Below, piece by piece: positions 1-12,445 of a DNA stretch of 64,000 nt. The notes beneath the pieces were generated by a model, which was not told where the DNA came from, ran no database searches, and saw only the letters and a list, made by a program, of their open reading frames with translations. The position numbers and the translations under genes were made by a program. Origin of the DNA: Mustelus asterias (taxonomy: Eukaryota). The stretch covers positions 60,016,001 through 60,080,000 of the forward strand of contig NC_135813.1 of NCBI RefSeq assembly GCF_964213995.1. The letters run 5' to 3'. The stretch's first letter is position 1. Each line of letters opens with the position of its first letter.

Positions 1-336
1 AGTTTCAAAATTAAATTAGCTTTCCGAATCAAGGAATTGTCCTTTTCTTCACAGAAATGGGCCATCCAGATGTCAACTTCTTCTTTGCAATGTAAAAAAA
101 AATCTGCTTGCTTGGATATACTTCTTGGAGAAGTTTTTTTATAAGAGTCAGAATAATTCGAATCGGGACACGGGACCCGAACTTTGATCTCTGACCTGTT
201 TCGCTTCAATCGCATGTGGGGAAGTTTCAGCAACGCTGGTTCGTTTCCAAACGACAAACATTGAGCAGGAGAATAAACACCTTGGATCACTGGGTCCCAG
301 TCTTTGCCTTCATTTATATTAACACTGGCGGATCAA

Positions 337-2268
337 ATGTGTTGGAGCTTTTGAATAACATCAAGTTAGATAAGTCGCCGGGACCGGATGAGATGTACCC
401 CAGGCTACTGTGGGAGACGAGGGAGGAGATTGCTGAGCCTCTGGCGATGATCTTTGCATCATCAGTGGAGACGGGCGAGGTTCCGGAGGATTGGAGCATT
501 GCGGATGTTGTTCCTTTATTCAAGAAAGGGAATAGAGATAGCCTTGGAAATTATAGACCAGTGAGTCTAACTAACCTCAGTGGTTGGTAAGTTGATGGAG
601 AAGATCCTGAGAGGCAGGATTTATGACCATTTGGAGAGGTATAATATGATTAAGAATAGTCAGCATGGCTTTGTCAAAGGCAGATCATGCCTCACGAGCC
701 TGATTGAATTTTTTGAGGATGTGACTAAACACATTGATGAAGGAAGGGCAGAAGATGTAGTATATATCATAGAATCATAGAAATCATAGAAACCCTACAG
801 TGCAGAAGGAGGCCATTTGGCCCATCGAGTCTGCACCGACCACAATCCCACCCAGGCCCTACGCCCACATATTTACCTGCTAATCCCTCTAACCTACGCA
901 TTTTAGGATTCTAAGGGGCAATTTTTAATCTGGCCAATCAACCTAACCCGCACATCTTTGGACTGTGGGAGGAAACCGGAGCACCCAGAGGAAACCCACG
1001 CACACACGAGGAGAATGTGCAAACTCCACACAGACAGTGACCCGAGCCGGGAATCGAACCCGGGACCCTGGAGCTGTGAAGCAGCAGTGCTAACCACTGC
1101 GCTACTGTGCCGCCCACGGCACTTCAGCAAGGCATTTGATAAGGTGCCCCATGCAAGGCTTATTGAGAAAGTGAAGGGACATTGCTTTGTGGATCCAGAA
1201 CTGGTTTGCCCACAGAAGGCAAAGAGTGGTTATAGATGGGTCATATTCTGCATGGAGGTCGGTCACCAGTGGAGTGCCCCAGGGATCTGTTCTGGGACCC
1301 TTACTCTTTGTGATTTTTATAAATGACCTGGATGAGGAAGTGGAGGCATGGGTTGGCAAGTTTGCTGATGACACAAAGGTTGGACGTGTTGTGGATAGTG
1401 TGGAGGGATGTCAGAAGTTGCAGTGAGACATTGATGGGATGCAAAACTGGGTGGAGAAGTGGCAGATGGAGTTCAACCCAGATAAGTGCGAGGTGGTTCA
1501 TTTTGGCAGGTTAAATAGGATGGCGGAATAGAATCATGGTAGGACTCTTGGTAGTGTGAAAGATCAGAAGGATCTTGGGGTCCGAGTTCATAGGATGCTC
1601 AAAGCAGCTGTGCAGGTTGAGGCTGTGGTTAAGAAGGCTTATGGTGTACTGGCCTTCATCAATCAAGGAATTGAGTTTAGGAGTCGTGAGATAATATTGC
1701 AGCTATAGAAGAGCCTGGTCAGACCCCACTTGGAGTACTGTGCTCAGTTCTGGTCGCCTCATTACAGGAAGGATGTGGAAGCCATAGAAAGGGTGCAGAG
1801 GAGATTTACAAGGATGTTGCCTGGGTTGAGGAGCATGCCTTATGAGGATAGGTTGAGTGAGCTCAGCCTTTTCTCCTTGGAGAGACGGAGAATGAGGGGT
1901 GACCTGATAGAGGTGTATAAGATGTTGAGAGGTATTGATCGAGTGGACAGTCAGAGGCTTTTTCCTAGGGCTGAAATGGTTGCCACAAGAGGACACAGGT
2001 TTAAGGTGCTGGGGAGTAGGTAAAGAGGAGATGCCAGGGGTAAGGTTTTCATTCAGAGGGTGGTGGGTGTGTGGAATGGGCTGCCAGCAATGGTGGTGGA
2101 GGCGTATTCGATAGGGTATTTTAAGAGACTTTTAGATAAGTACATGGAACTTAGTCAGATAGAGGGTTATAGGTAAACCTAGTAATCGCTAATGTAGGGA
2201 CACGTTCGGCACAACTTTGTGGGCTGAAGGGCCTGTATTGTGCTGTAGTTTTTCTATGTTTCTATGTT
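337..2268 (+). mobile_element. CR1-clade LINE, 5'-truncated ORF2 (RT) plus 3' tail, with frameshifts and stops
   Basis: ORF pieces KSPGPDEMYPRLL..GNYRPVSLT, QHGFVKGRSCLTSLIEFFE, SGVPQGSVLGPLLF..KFADD, EYCAQFWSPHY..RRMRGDLIEVYK; ends in (TTCTATG)-type tail; interrupted by a SINE at 768-1115. Confidence 0.93.
768..1115 (-). mobile_element. HE1-type tRNA-derived V-SINE inserted in CR1
   Basis: Minus strand has A/B boxes (GTGGTTAGC..GGTTCGATTCC), V-domain core GGGTTTCCTC..GGTGCTCCGGTTTCCTCCCAC and a TTCTATGA tail; splits the CR1 'VVYMDFSK' motif. Confidence 0.9.
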
Positions 2269-2272
2269 TTTT

Positions 2273-2865
2273 AACACCAGGTTGAAGTCCAACAGGTTTA
2301 TTTGGTAGCAAAAACCACAAGCTTTCGGACTCCTCCTCCTTCGTCAGGTAAGTGGGAGTTCTGGTCACAAACAGGGCATATAAAGACACAAACTCAATTT
2401 ACAAAATAATGGTTGGAATGCGAGTCTTTACAGGTAATCAAGTCTTAAAGGTACAGACAATGTGAGTAGAGAGAGGGTTAAGCACAGGTTAAAGAGATGT
2501 GTATTGTCTCCAGCCGGGACTGTTAGTGAGATTTTGCAAGCCCAGGCAAGTCATGGGGGTTACAGATAGTGTGACATGAACCCAAGATCCCGATTGAGGC
2601 CGTCCTCATGTGTGTGGAACTTAGCTATCAGTTTCTGCTCAGCGATTCTGCATTGTCGTTTGTCGTGAACGCCACCTCTATTTTGTAAATTGAGTTTGTG
2701 TCTTTATATGCCCTGTTTGTGAACAGAACTCCCACTTACCTGACGAAGGAGCAGTGCTCCGAAAGCTAGTGGCTTTTGCTACCAAATAAATCTGTTGGAC
2801 TTTAACCTGGTGTTGTGAGACTTCTTACTGTGTTTACCCCAGTCCAACGCCGGCACCTCCACATC
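2273..2865. mobile_element. Penelope-like element fragment with inverted pseudo-LTR arms
   Basis: Inverted arms 2273-2408 and 2679-2814; minus strand 2560-2673 translates to ..CRIAEQKLIAKFHTHEDGLNRDLGFMSHYL*, resembling the C-terminus of a PLE GIY-YIG endonuclease. Confidence 0.85.
2732..2772 (+). ncRNA. Minimal hammerhead ribozyme motif in the PLE pseudo-LTR
   Basis: CCAC..CTGACGA-A-GGAGC(AGT)GCTCC-GAAAG-CTA-GTGG: core CUGANGA/GAAA, 5-bp stem II, self-complementary AGCU stem III, CCAC/GTGG stem I. Confidence 0.75.
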
Positions 2866-3359
2866 GGATCAAACACTAACAGCTGTAATCTCAGCATTTG
2901 AAGTATGCTTGCTCAAGATCTAAACGGATCGGGTTACTGCAAGATATTAGGTTGCGAGAAAGTTTACGGAAATGAATGCGTTATTATCCTTCGTCAATTT
3001 TGAGGATTCATACCAACTATCTCTCATGTTCAGTGTTGCTGGCGAGGAGAATGTGCAAGTATTTTGGTATCCTAACACTTACTAATTACCTCAATAATAA
3101 CAGCACTGCAAATTCACTCGTTAGATATGAAGAGCTTTGCCCCAGTATTCAATCTGAAATGTAACTCCCTATGACGACTCAACGCTGAAAAGGAACGGAG
3201 CTACTAATCAGTTAGGAACGGTATGGAATATGCACTGCCTGGTGTTTAAGAATGATTTCAGGCTGCACAGAGACGATTGCACGTTAATGAGACGAACAGA
3301 CGTGAAATAACACCGGGAAACAGAAACGTTATACACGCTTCGAACGTATATCACTCTCC

Positions 3360-3477
3360 TTCCCACGTCCCCTTGTCAGATCCATTCAGTTTTATTCCCA
3401 TTGAGTCCAGTGTTTCTGTTCTGGCGGTGTAGCTGTTGGGCTCGACTTCTGCTGATCTGCGACACGTGGGAAAGAGG
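3360..3477. promoter_or_regulatory. Candidate Notch-responsive enhancer downstream of hes5
   Basis: TTCCCACG at 3360-3367 and CACGTGGGAAA at 3463-3473 in non-repetitive sequence. Confidence 0.5.
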
Positions 3478-4279
3478 TTACACCAGCCGCACTTACCAAA
3501 CTGCTACCCTCAAATACAATTACATTCTAGGACTGGGCTCTAGATAGGGACACACTCACAGTGCAGGAGAACATCTGCGCAGGAGCTAAGAGCAGGAGGC
3601 ACTAGTTCATCTCAAACGTGTTCACTGAATATTCGGCTATTTCCTTCCAGCTGCCTTTCCAGCGCATTAGACACGCAGCACCGACGCATTACAAGGACCT
3701 GCAATCAAGAACGACAGGCAAGGTAGCAGTTACCAGACAGAAGGGACAAACATACTCGGCAGATAAGGCAGGCATGTGTCACCAGGTTACAAGACAGGGT
3801 CGCCACTGATTACAGCTACAGATACTTATATCACTGAAATAATTTCAGTGAAACTCAGTGATAGTAGAAAAAGAAACTAATAAATGTAATTTCCGATCAA
3901 GGGAAAAAGCTCGACTTCCGATCTTTAACCAAGAACGGTCAATACACACCTGCTCATATTTTAGGGTAAAAGTTAGAAATATGACGTTAAAATTACTATT
4001 TGAAGAGGGACCACAGATTAATATTTGAATGATTGTGTTCACCCCATCAAAGAGAAAGGGACTAACTGTATGGTAATAGAGTACTTATCCCACATTGAGG
4101 GCCCGAGCTACAGTCTGACTCAGGTGAGAGCAAGTATAAGGGTCTGCTGAACAGATCAACATAGCTACAACCTCAGAAAAGCACCAATAACGGAGTGATT
4201 TTTATCACCATATATATCACAATCCTGCTGCCTCCCTGGATGCATTCATCGTTGTCAATCTATATCGTAGCTATAAAGT

Positions 4280-6240
4280 AATAAGACCATACGACATAGG
4301 AGCAGAAGTGGGCCATTCGGTCCATTGATTTTGCCCGCCATTCAATTAGATCACGATTGATCTGCTATAATCCTCTACTCCACTGTCCAGCCTTATCCCC
4401 ATGATCTTTGATTCCCTTACTGATTAAAAATCTGTCTATCTCAACCTTGAACATACTTAATGACCCGCCCTTTACAACCATCTGTGGTAAAGAATTATAC
4501 AGATTCGCTACCCTCTTTACAGCTCTAGGGACCTGGGTTCGATTCCCGGCTTGGGTCACTGTTCGGTTTGGAGTTTGCACATTCTCCTCGTGTCTGCGTG
4601 GGTTTCCTCTGGGTGCTCCGGTTTCCTCCCACAGTCCAAAGATGTGCGGGTTAGGTTGATTGGCCATGTTAAAAATTGCCCTTAGTGTCCTGGGATGCGT
4701 AGGTTAAAGGGATTAGTGGACAAAATATGTAGGGATATGAGGGTAGGACCTGGGTAGGATTGTGGTCGCTGCAGACTCGATGGGCCGAATGGCCTCTTTC
4801 TGTGCTGTAGGGTTTCTAAGATTTCAAAGATTTCTCTGAGATAAGAAAGTCCTCCTCATCTCTCGTAAGTGGGCGACCCTTATCTGCAATTATGTCCCCG
4901 GCCCTAGACCCTCCCACAAGGGGAAACAACCTCTCAGCATCTACCCTATCAAGCCCCCTGAGAATCCTACATGTCTCAATAAGGTCGCCTCACATTCTTC
5001 TAAATTCTAATGAGTACAGCCCCAACCTACTTAACCTCTCCTCATAAGAACGTCCCTCCATACCTGGCGATAACCTAGTGAACCTTCTCCGGACTGCCGC
5101 GAGTGCCAATATATCTTCCTGGTGGGTGGGGTGCTGATCAAGTGCATTGCTATGCACTGGATGATATCTAGCTTTTTGAGTGGAGCTGTACTTAGCCAGG
5201 TTAGGGAATGTATTCTAGCACACTCATGGCTAGTCATGGAGAGGTGTTGAGAAATCAGGAGGTGGGGTTATTCTCTGCAGGATTCTAGGCCTTTGACTTG
5301 CTCTTGTAGCAACAGTATTTATATGGATAACCCAGTTCAGTTCCTCAGAACCTCCTAGTGTTATACTGTTCATTGAATACTTGCTTGTCAAATTACTCCT
5401 TCCAAAGTGTATCACCTCATACTATTCAATGTTAAAATCCATCTGCCCATTTTACTATCCCGTCTATATTTTCCTGTAGCTCAGGACATTCAACCTCACC
5501 ATTAACCAGCTGGACAATCTTTGTATCATCCACAAACTTACTAATCCTAGCCCCCATATAGCCATCTATGTCGTTTATATAAATGACAAATAATATGGGA
5601 CCCACTTCCAGTCACTAAAGCACCTCGAATACCTTGTCATTCCCTATGTGAATTTGCTCAAGAACCTTACAGTCTCTCTCCCTGAATTCCATACCTTATT
5701 CCTCATTCTCTTGGGTGAAGCCGGATGTGAAGTTTTCATTCAACACTTTGCCGATAACCTCCGGCTCCACCCATAGATTGCCCCCTTGGTCCCCAGTGGG
5801 CCGCATTCTTTCCTTGGTTATCCTCTTTCAATTGATATACTTATATAATATCTTCAATAATGGAATTTCCCCTATTTTTACCTGCCAGAGCTTTCTCATA
5901 TCCCTCTTTATCCTCCTGATTACTTTCTTAAGCTTCACCCTGTACTTTCTGTACTTCACTAATGCCTCCGCTGATTTGTCCTCCTTGTACCTGCTAACAA
6001 CCTCTTTTCCTTCTCATCGTATCCTGGATTTTTCTGGTCATCCATGGTTCTCTGGAATTGTTACTCCTTCCTATGTCCCTACAGGGATCATGTTGGGCCT
6101 TTAATCTCCTCATTTTCTATTTGATTACCCCCACTGTTTTTCTGTAGATTTCCCCACAAGTAACTGCTCCCAGTCTACCTTGCCCAGATCCTGCCTTATT
6201 TTATTAAAATCCGCTCTTCCCAATTCAATACCCTTTTCTT
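4280..6240 (-). mobile_element. Degraded CR1/LINE fragments with a HE1 SINE (+) at about 4518-4835
   Basis: Minus ORF pieces RVANLYNSLPQMVV..FKVEIDRFL and IHFGRSN; SINE core on the plus strand. Confidence 0.75.
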
Positions 6241-6420
6241 TGGACAAGTCCTTTGGCAATCTCAGAGAGAATGCTCAGAACGATTTCCCTTGCTGTCCTG
6301 GGTTGAAAATGGAATTCCAGAAATGAAAGGAATGTTATTGCAAGGAACAGTTCATTGGAGCGCCGATTAAAAAAAAAACAAGCGTCTGGTCATTTCCTCG
6401 CTGGTCTGCGAAATAAGGTT

Positions 6421-6628
6421 ACAGTCCAAAGATGTGCGGGTTAGGTTGATTGGCCATGCTAAAATTGCCCATTAGTGTCCTGGGATGTGTAGATTAGAGG
6501 GATTAGCGGGTAAAATATGTAGGGATATGGGGGTAGGGCCTGGCTGGGATTGTGGTCGGTGCAGACTCGATGGGCCGAATGGCCTCTTTTTGTACTGTAG
6601 GGTTTCTATGATTTCTATGATTTCTATG
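6421..6628 (+). mobile_element. 3' half of a HE1-type SINE
   Basis: ACAGTCCAAAGATGTGCGGGTTAGG...(TTTCTATGA)3 tail. Confidence 0.85.
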
Positions 6629-7615
6629 AAGGTCTACAATATTTTTCACAACGAACAAATCTATTTAGATATTCTTTAAGGTTAATTTTCCCGGAGGCTA
6701 CCAGGACCGATGTGAGGATACAATAGAATGGGAACTGATAGATTGGATAACTTCGAGGGATTAGAATTTGCGATACAATCGAGGGGCTCAGATAACATTG
6801 GACATAGGACTGGGAGCAATCATTCTGACCCTACTTCACCCACGCTACCAAATAGCCCACAACATATTGACTCTTTTACCCGCCCCCACAGTCTTTCCTA
6901 ACACCCATTCTCCCCTCATTAACCCTCCTTCAAAATGTTGTCGGTCATCCAGTATCCGGCTCCTTCCCATTCTCTCATAATCTGTATTTCTACACCCGCT
7001 CGTTCCATGCTGACTGTACACATCTCCCCGTGTATTTTGGTCCACTATAATGTATTTACCTCACCAGGTCATATCTTTCTAATCACCAACCCCCGCCCTC
7101 CGCCCCCCCCCCCCCACAATTCCCCCACTCTGCTCCCTACCTCACCATCTACCCCAAACGTTGCCTAGGGCCGAATTTGACTTTATGTAAGTGAATGGGT
7201 TTGAGAGAGTTAAAATCAGATGTATCTGAATCGGCTATCGATTTCCACATTTGTCTTTTCAACGCTTCCCATCTTCTCAAGTTATTCCTCCCCCTAATGT
7301 CACAAATACCAAGCCAAACAACAAATGCTAACCGGTGAATTCGGAATGTTTGAAACAGTATTATGATACGCATTCTGTCTCAATTGAATATTAATGGAAC
7401 GATAATTATTCCGTGTCAAATTGCTTTGTTGTAGTAAAATGGCGCTAATAATCAAGAAATGATGCGCTCAGATGGAGTTGTCTTGAGGCGAAAAATTGAG
7501 GGGGAGAGGAAATTAGACAGGTAAAAAGAGAGAGAGAGGGTAGCGCCTCTGGAAACGCATGGTAATCCGCTATGACAAAATATTGGCGGGATCGGTGAGC
7601 TGACCATAGACTTCA

Positions 7616-8303
7616 GGGGAGGCGATGGCCTAGTGGTATTATCACTAGCCTATTCGAGAAACTCAGCTAATAGAAATCATAGAAATCATAGAAACCCTAC
7701 AGTGCAGAAAGAGGTCATTCGGCCCATCGAGTCTGCACCGACCACAATCCCACCCAGGCCCTACCCCCATATCCCAACATATTTTACCCACTAATCCCTC
7801 TAACCTATGCATCCCAGGACACTAAGGGGCAATTTTAGCATGGCCAATCAACCTAACCCGCACATCTTTGGGCTGTGGGCGGAAACCGGAGCACCCGGAG
7901 GAAACCCACGCAGACACGAGGAGAATGTGCAAACTCCACGCAGACAGTGACCCAAGCCGGGAATCGAACCCAGGTCCCTGGAGCTGTGAAGCAACAGTGC
8001 TAACCACTGTGCTACCGTACCCAGGTTAGAATCCCACCACAGCATATGGCGGAATTTGAATTCAATAAAAAAAATCTGGAATTAAGAATCTACTGATGAC
8101 CACGAAACCATTGTCGATTGTCGGAAAAACCCATCTGGTTCACTAATGTCCTTTAGGGAAGGAAATCTGCCGTCCTTACCTGGTCTGGCCTACATGTGAC
8201 TCCAGAGCCACAGCAATGTGGTTGATTCTCAACTGCCCTCGTGCAACTGGGATGGGCAATAAATGCTGACCAGCCAGCGAACGCCATGTCCCACAAAAAA
8301 AAC
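7616..8303 (+). mobile_element. Second tRNA-derived SINE family, interrupted by a HE1 SINE (-) at about 7670-8020
   Basis: A box TGGCCTAGTGG, B box GGTTAGAATCCC, body AAAAACCCATCTGGTTCACTAATGTCC, tail GGGCAATAAATGCTG..; related copies at 18832-19073, 38280-38530 and 47675-48010. Confidence 0.8.
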
Positions 8304-9395
8304 TTACCCTCTCCGTCTAATCCTTCAAGCCAGGCAGAAAGTAACTGGCCAGTTATTAAAATAGGCGTACAGTGACTATATAACCAATAAAGCAGAGGAT
8401 TTACCCTACTATAATAAAACACGCAAATATGTCAATTTCATATGGTCTTAAAATAAGACCTTGTAAGCATATCTCAGCTACTTTGACTGCAGTATTTTAC
8501 TGTCATGCGATGTATTTTCTTGCTGCAGGTAAATATGGATGTCTCAAAACACATTCGTTTAGACACAGAAATTGTGAATACAATCATTTATTCGGAATTA
8601 ATATTGTTACAACGAAATATCCATTTTAACGCGGGGTTGTGAATGCATCTTGGTTACTGATTCAATATCAGTACAGGTAGGACATATTTACAAACAGAAC
8701 CACGAATACAGAGGCGCATTCAGATCAGCATTGGTACAATGCAATTTACAGTTAAATATGGAACTGACAGCAAAGCCTGATTCACATTGAGCATTGCTAC
8801 AATGCAGGGACAGTTGCACAGCAACCAGACAGGAATCATTTACGACAATGTACTGGAGATAATACAAATAGACACCTCCTGACCAGGAATCCCGCCGAGC
8901 CGACAATACAAGCAAAATCGAATTGATTTATCTCTAAATGCTGAAAACTCACTAGAATGCAAGGCACCGATGACACCCGTATAATGCTGATATATGAACA
9001 TACATAAACCCACACCCTTTAAAAAAAGATGCAAACAGTCCTCAGTAAGAAGACTACTCACAACACACCACTGGCATTCCTTTACAAAAGAATAGCTCGG
9101 GTGGCACCGTCTACATGTGACAATAGACAGCACAAGAACCGAGCTAGCTGCCAGTTTAGGTATGATACTAGTCGCCTACAAATATTGCAGAATACGCCAT
9201 GTCCCGCAGGCCATGTTTTCAAATGAAATAATTCATTTATTAAAATAATTCCATCTGCTTCACAGAAGAGATATTAATGACATTTCTTCCACTATGGAAT
9301 ACTATTTCACACCAGAGCACAGCCCGAGCGTTTAAATGCCGTGAAACGTTCTCTCCTTTGCGTCGAGCATTCGTCCAGAGGTGTTTCAGTTCTAT

Positions 9396-10124
9396 CTACC
9401 AGGGCCTCCAGAGCGCTGTGACGCTGGCTTTCATTTCTTGCTTGGTACCCGGTTGACAGCTGGGAAGATGCACAGCGGGGCCCGAGTAACACAGGCCCTG
9501 AGCTGGCTCCTGTGCTCCGTGCAAATGGTTCACCAGTTTGTTCTGAACGTCGCTCTTGCTTTCAGGGGAGAAGGTAAAATGCTGAATCTCCTGCAGGCAG
9601 CGCGAATATCCTTCTTTAAAATTCTGAGTGAGGCTCTTGCTGTAGGTCACTGTGGGTAGGAAAGAAACAAGATGGTTTAGATGGATGCCATTGAAGAATT
9701 GACCATAATGACGAAAGAGTATTGTTTATCAGCACTCAAACACACAAAACGGCGAATACCTGTGAGCATGCGTTGGCTGTGAAGTCTCAGGTAATTCACG
9801 GTCATCTCCAAGATGTCTGCTTTCTCCATTTTCATATTTGGCTCCTGATTCTGAAACTCTTCCCTCAGTAAAGCCTTGAGTTGGCCAATGCTGCTGTTGA
9901 TGCGATCCCGGCGCTTTTTTTCTATAATCGGCTTCATCAACTGCAACAAAAAATGGAAAAAAGAATGAGCACGACATTTTAATATAAAGGGTAGAAATTC
10001 GCTAACTCGGAAACTCGAAACTTTGGTTTGGAAAGGCGGAGTGACTTACTTTGTATTTTTCTTTTCGGGTGACTTTTTCCTCGCAATGTTCCTTTGGGAT
10101 AACGCCAGAGGTTTTGGGAGACAT
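9396..10124 (-). CDS. hes5: Hairy/Enhancer-of-split bHLH-Orange repressor, HES5-like (169 aa; exons 10124-10050, 9940-9760, 9649-9396)
   Basis: Splices with GT-AG sites and consistent phases (0 then 1) to MSPKT..KEKYK|LMKPIIEKKRRDRINSSIGQLKALL..KMEKADILEMTVNYL..|V..FKEGYSRCLQEIQHF..LWRPW*; bHLH, Orange domain, WRPW, three-exon layout and length match HES5. Confidence 0.93.
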
Positions 10125-10214
10125 TCTGTTGGGACTTATTGCCAGGAAAGCCGCAAGGAGCAGTGAGACTCGATTCGGTTGGAGCGGTTGTGCTGAGGGA
10201 AGCGGGAACTGCGC

Positions 10215-10295
10215 TCCCATTTATACAGCCTCTTGTCCAGGGGAGAGCGTGTGCCCGTTTCACTTAGTGTTTCCCACACTCGGCAGCCAATCAGT
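10215..10295 (-). promoter_or_regulatory. hes5 proximal promoter: TATA box, CSL/RBPJ site, CCAAT box
   Basis: TATAAA on minus at 10220-10225, about 100 bp upstream of the ATG; TGTGGGAA on minus at 10271-10278; CCAAT at 10287-10291. Confidence 0.8.
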
Positions 10296-11814
10296 ACCGC
10301 CAGAGGGACAACAGAAGCTTTTCTTTCTAAATGCTGAATTAAGGGTCGTTTTGAACCTTTTGTCTCTGCCTGTCTCTGAGGACCATCTGGACGGCACGTA
10401 TGACACAGCAAGTCAGAGGAAATTACTCTCATGTGAGGTTATAGGACCCTGGGAAAGACCCTCCCGTCATTGTCATGCAGGGAATTCTATGACAGAAAGT
10501 ATGCCCGTCCCCACACCGCGGGTTCATTTTAAAATAATCTCTCCCCCCATTTTACTTTGAAGAATAAGACCTGTGTAATCGCAGATGTTATCATGCGGGC
10601 GAGTGTCGATTTCATACTAACTCATCCTGCTAATCGTTCAGTTCTAACAATCAATCGATATGAGCTTGTTTTATTAAGAGCGATATTTCAAATAAAACCT
10701 TTGCACACATTTTCCATTTCAAATATGAAAATATTTCGAACATTTGCTCCCTCACTAACTCCACAGTTGGTGGATATTTTGAAACGCTGTGTTACAATAG
10801 CTCAGGAATACAGGAACGTGTTGACTTGTGCTGATGCTTTCTGATCAGGTCATTCATATATTAATATCAATACCAGTCTAGCTGTATTTCTCCTGCTCAA
10901 TTTATTATTTGCAAAGTTAACATGAATGGCCAACTTCAATAGCTTCAAACATTCTGGAAAAACAAAATATACGTCTTACAGTCATTTTTCTGAGCGTAAA
11001 AGATGTACTTTTTTAAAGATTAAGATTTTCAGCTGTCTCAATATGGAAGAACCAAGCATGGTGAATCATAGCGCCTTGCGACGTATCTTTACTGCTTTGT
11101 TTCGTATTAAAGATGGAATTGATGCTGCCTTTAGCAATTTTATGTTGACCGGGATGAGGGCAGTTATCATTTTCGTTTCAGGTACCAACCGTCAGCATCA
11201 TGCAGTCACAGATCAGGTACTGCAGGTTTAATTGCAGAGGAAAATGCCCTTACTGTGACACATCCTAAATGTCAGAATAGCGCCCCTGCTGCGCCAAAAG
11301 GATGTCTTCTCTTTCCCAATAAACCTATCTCCTAGCTCCTTTAAGTAACATTGCCAATATCGTGCAGAGTTGTAGGCACTCGAACATGCTCACTGTTAAC
11401 TGCATTAAGACCGGAGAAACATATATATGATGTAGATATAAATATAGTCAAAGCATATAGATAAAGAAGGCGATTATGCCATCAGCCATGGAGTGTTTTA
11501 CAACAGAATTTCCCAAAATGCAAAATCAAAATCTAAGGTGTGATCCCTCATATTTACACCTTCAAAGCAATAACACAATTCTCTCACGGAGATAAAAATA
11601 TGCATTTTAATATTGAAATATTTGTTAGAGTTCACGCATTATAGTACCTATTCATTGAGGGAAAACAGCTAAGTGAAATTAATATTTCAATGCTGCGCCT
11701 AATAGTTACTTAATGTATCTGCATGTGTGTATTTGTATGAATACGTGTACAACAGATGTGTGTGTATGTGCGCGCGCGCATGTGTGTGGGAGAGAGATCG
11801 AGAAAGATAAATGG

Positions 11815-11985
11815 CCCATTCAAACGTGGGAATCGAATGTGTAACATTCTGTTAGTGTTTCAGATCCATTTCACCAACTGTTCGGTGTTTAATGCCCGAA
11901 TAAATGATGTGAGCCAAGTCTCTGCTGAAAGGCACCAGCTGCACGCGTCCCCTTTGTCTTCCAACACGTGGGAAAGAGGCAACTC
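11815..11985. promoter_or_regulatory. Candidate hes5 upstream enhancer I
   Basis: CGTGGGAA at 11825-11832 and 11967-11974, CAGCTG E-box, CACGCG class-C site at 11942-11947, CTTTGT Sox-like site, CACGTG at 11965-11970. Confidence 0.65.
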
Positions 11986-12315
11986 CAGCAATCCCAGTAG
12001 TGCGGAAACTATCCGAGATCAAATGCAGCCTGTTCGCCTCACGCAGGAGCGGTAGAAGCCACCTGCACAGCTCGGAGTTGGTGCGGGAGTCAAAAACCTA
12101 ACTTTCTTCACCTGTGTTAAAAGCCGAATTGTATGTAAATCACATGTTTGACACCTCAAACCACAGATTACAATAAATTCTCAAAGTTAAACGTGGGTGT
12201 CTGCATTTTCTCATGAGGATCGCCATGTCAGTACGTGTGGGTGGGTGGGGACTTCTCGCTTATGTTCATATCAGTTTTCTTCCCTTAGTTTCTCCAATTA
12301 AATGAATAAATGAGA

Positions 12316-12445
12316 AGTTCTGATGAAAGGTCATGACCTGAAACATTAACCCTGTCTCGCTACAGTTACAGCCGGACCTCCTGAGCATTTCCAGCATTTT
12401 CTGTTCTTAATTCAGATTTCCAACATCCGCAGTCTTGTCACTTTG
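12316..12445 (+). mobile_element. PLE-derived short element (second family) with decayed minimal hammerhead motif
   Basis: GTT-CTGATGA-A-AGGTC(AT)GACCT-GAAAC-ATT-AAC, followed by the ..CTGAGCATTTCCAGCATTTTCTG.. tail also seen reversed at 22783-22860. Confidence 0.65.

Noticed and set aside
903-1326. Recurrent short ORFs such as MDCGRKPEHPEETH and SAWVSSGCSGFLPQSKDV
   Set aside because: Translations of the V-SINE core, repeated at every copy
216-2023. RT-like ORFs as host genes
   Set aside because: Frameshifted CR1 ORF2 fragments; the same applies to similar ORFs across the window
7616-8040. tRNA genes
   Set aside because: A/B boxes belong to SINE heads; no complete cloverleaf identified. 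No rRNA or CRISPR array was seen in the window
10051-10560. 169-aa plus-strand ORF
   Set aside because: Antisense to hes5 exon 1 and promoter, no recognisable domain, non-ATG start
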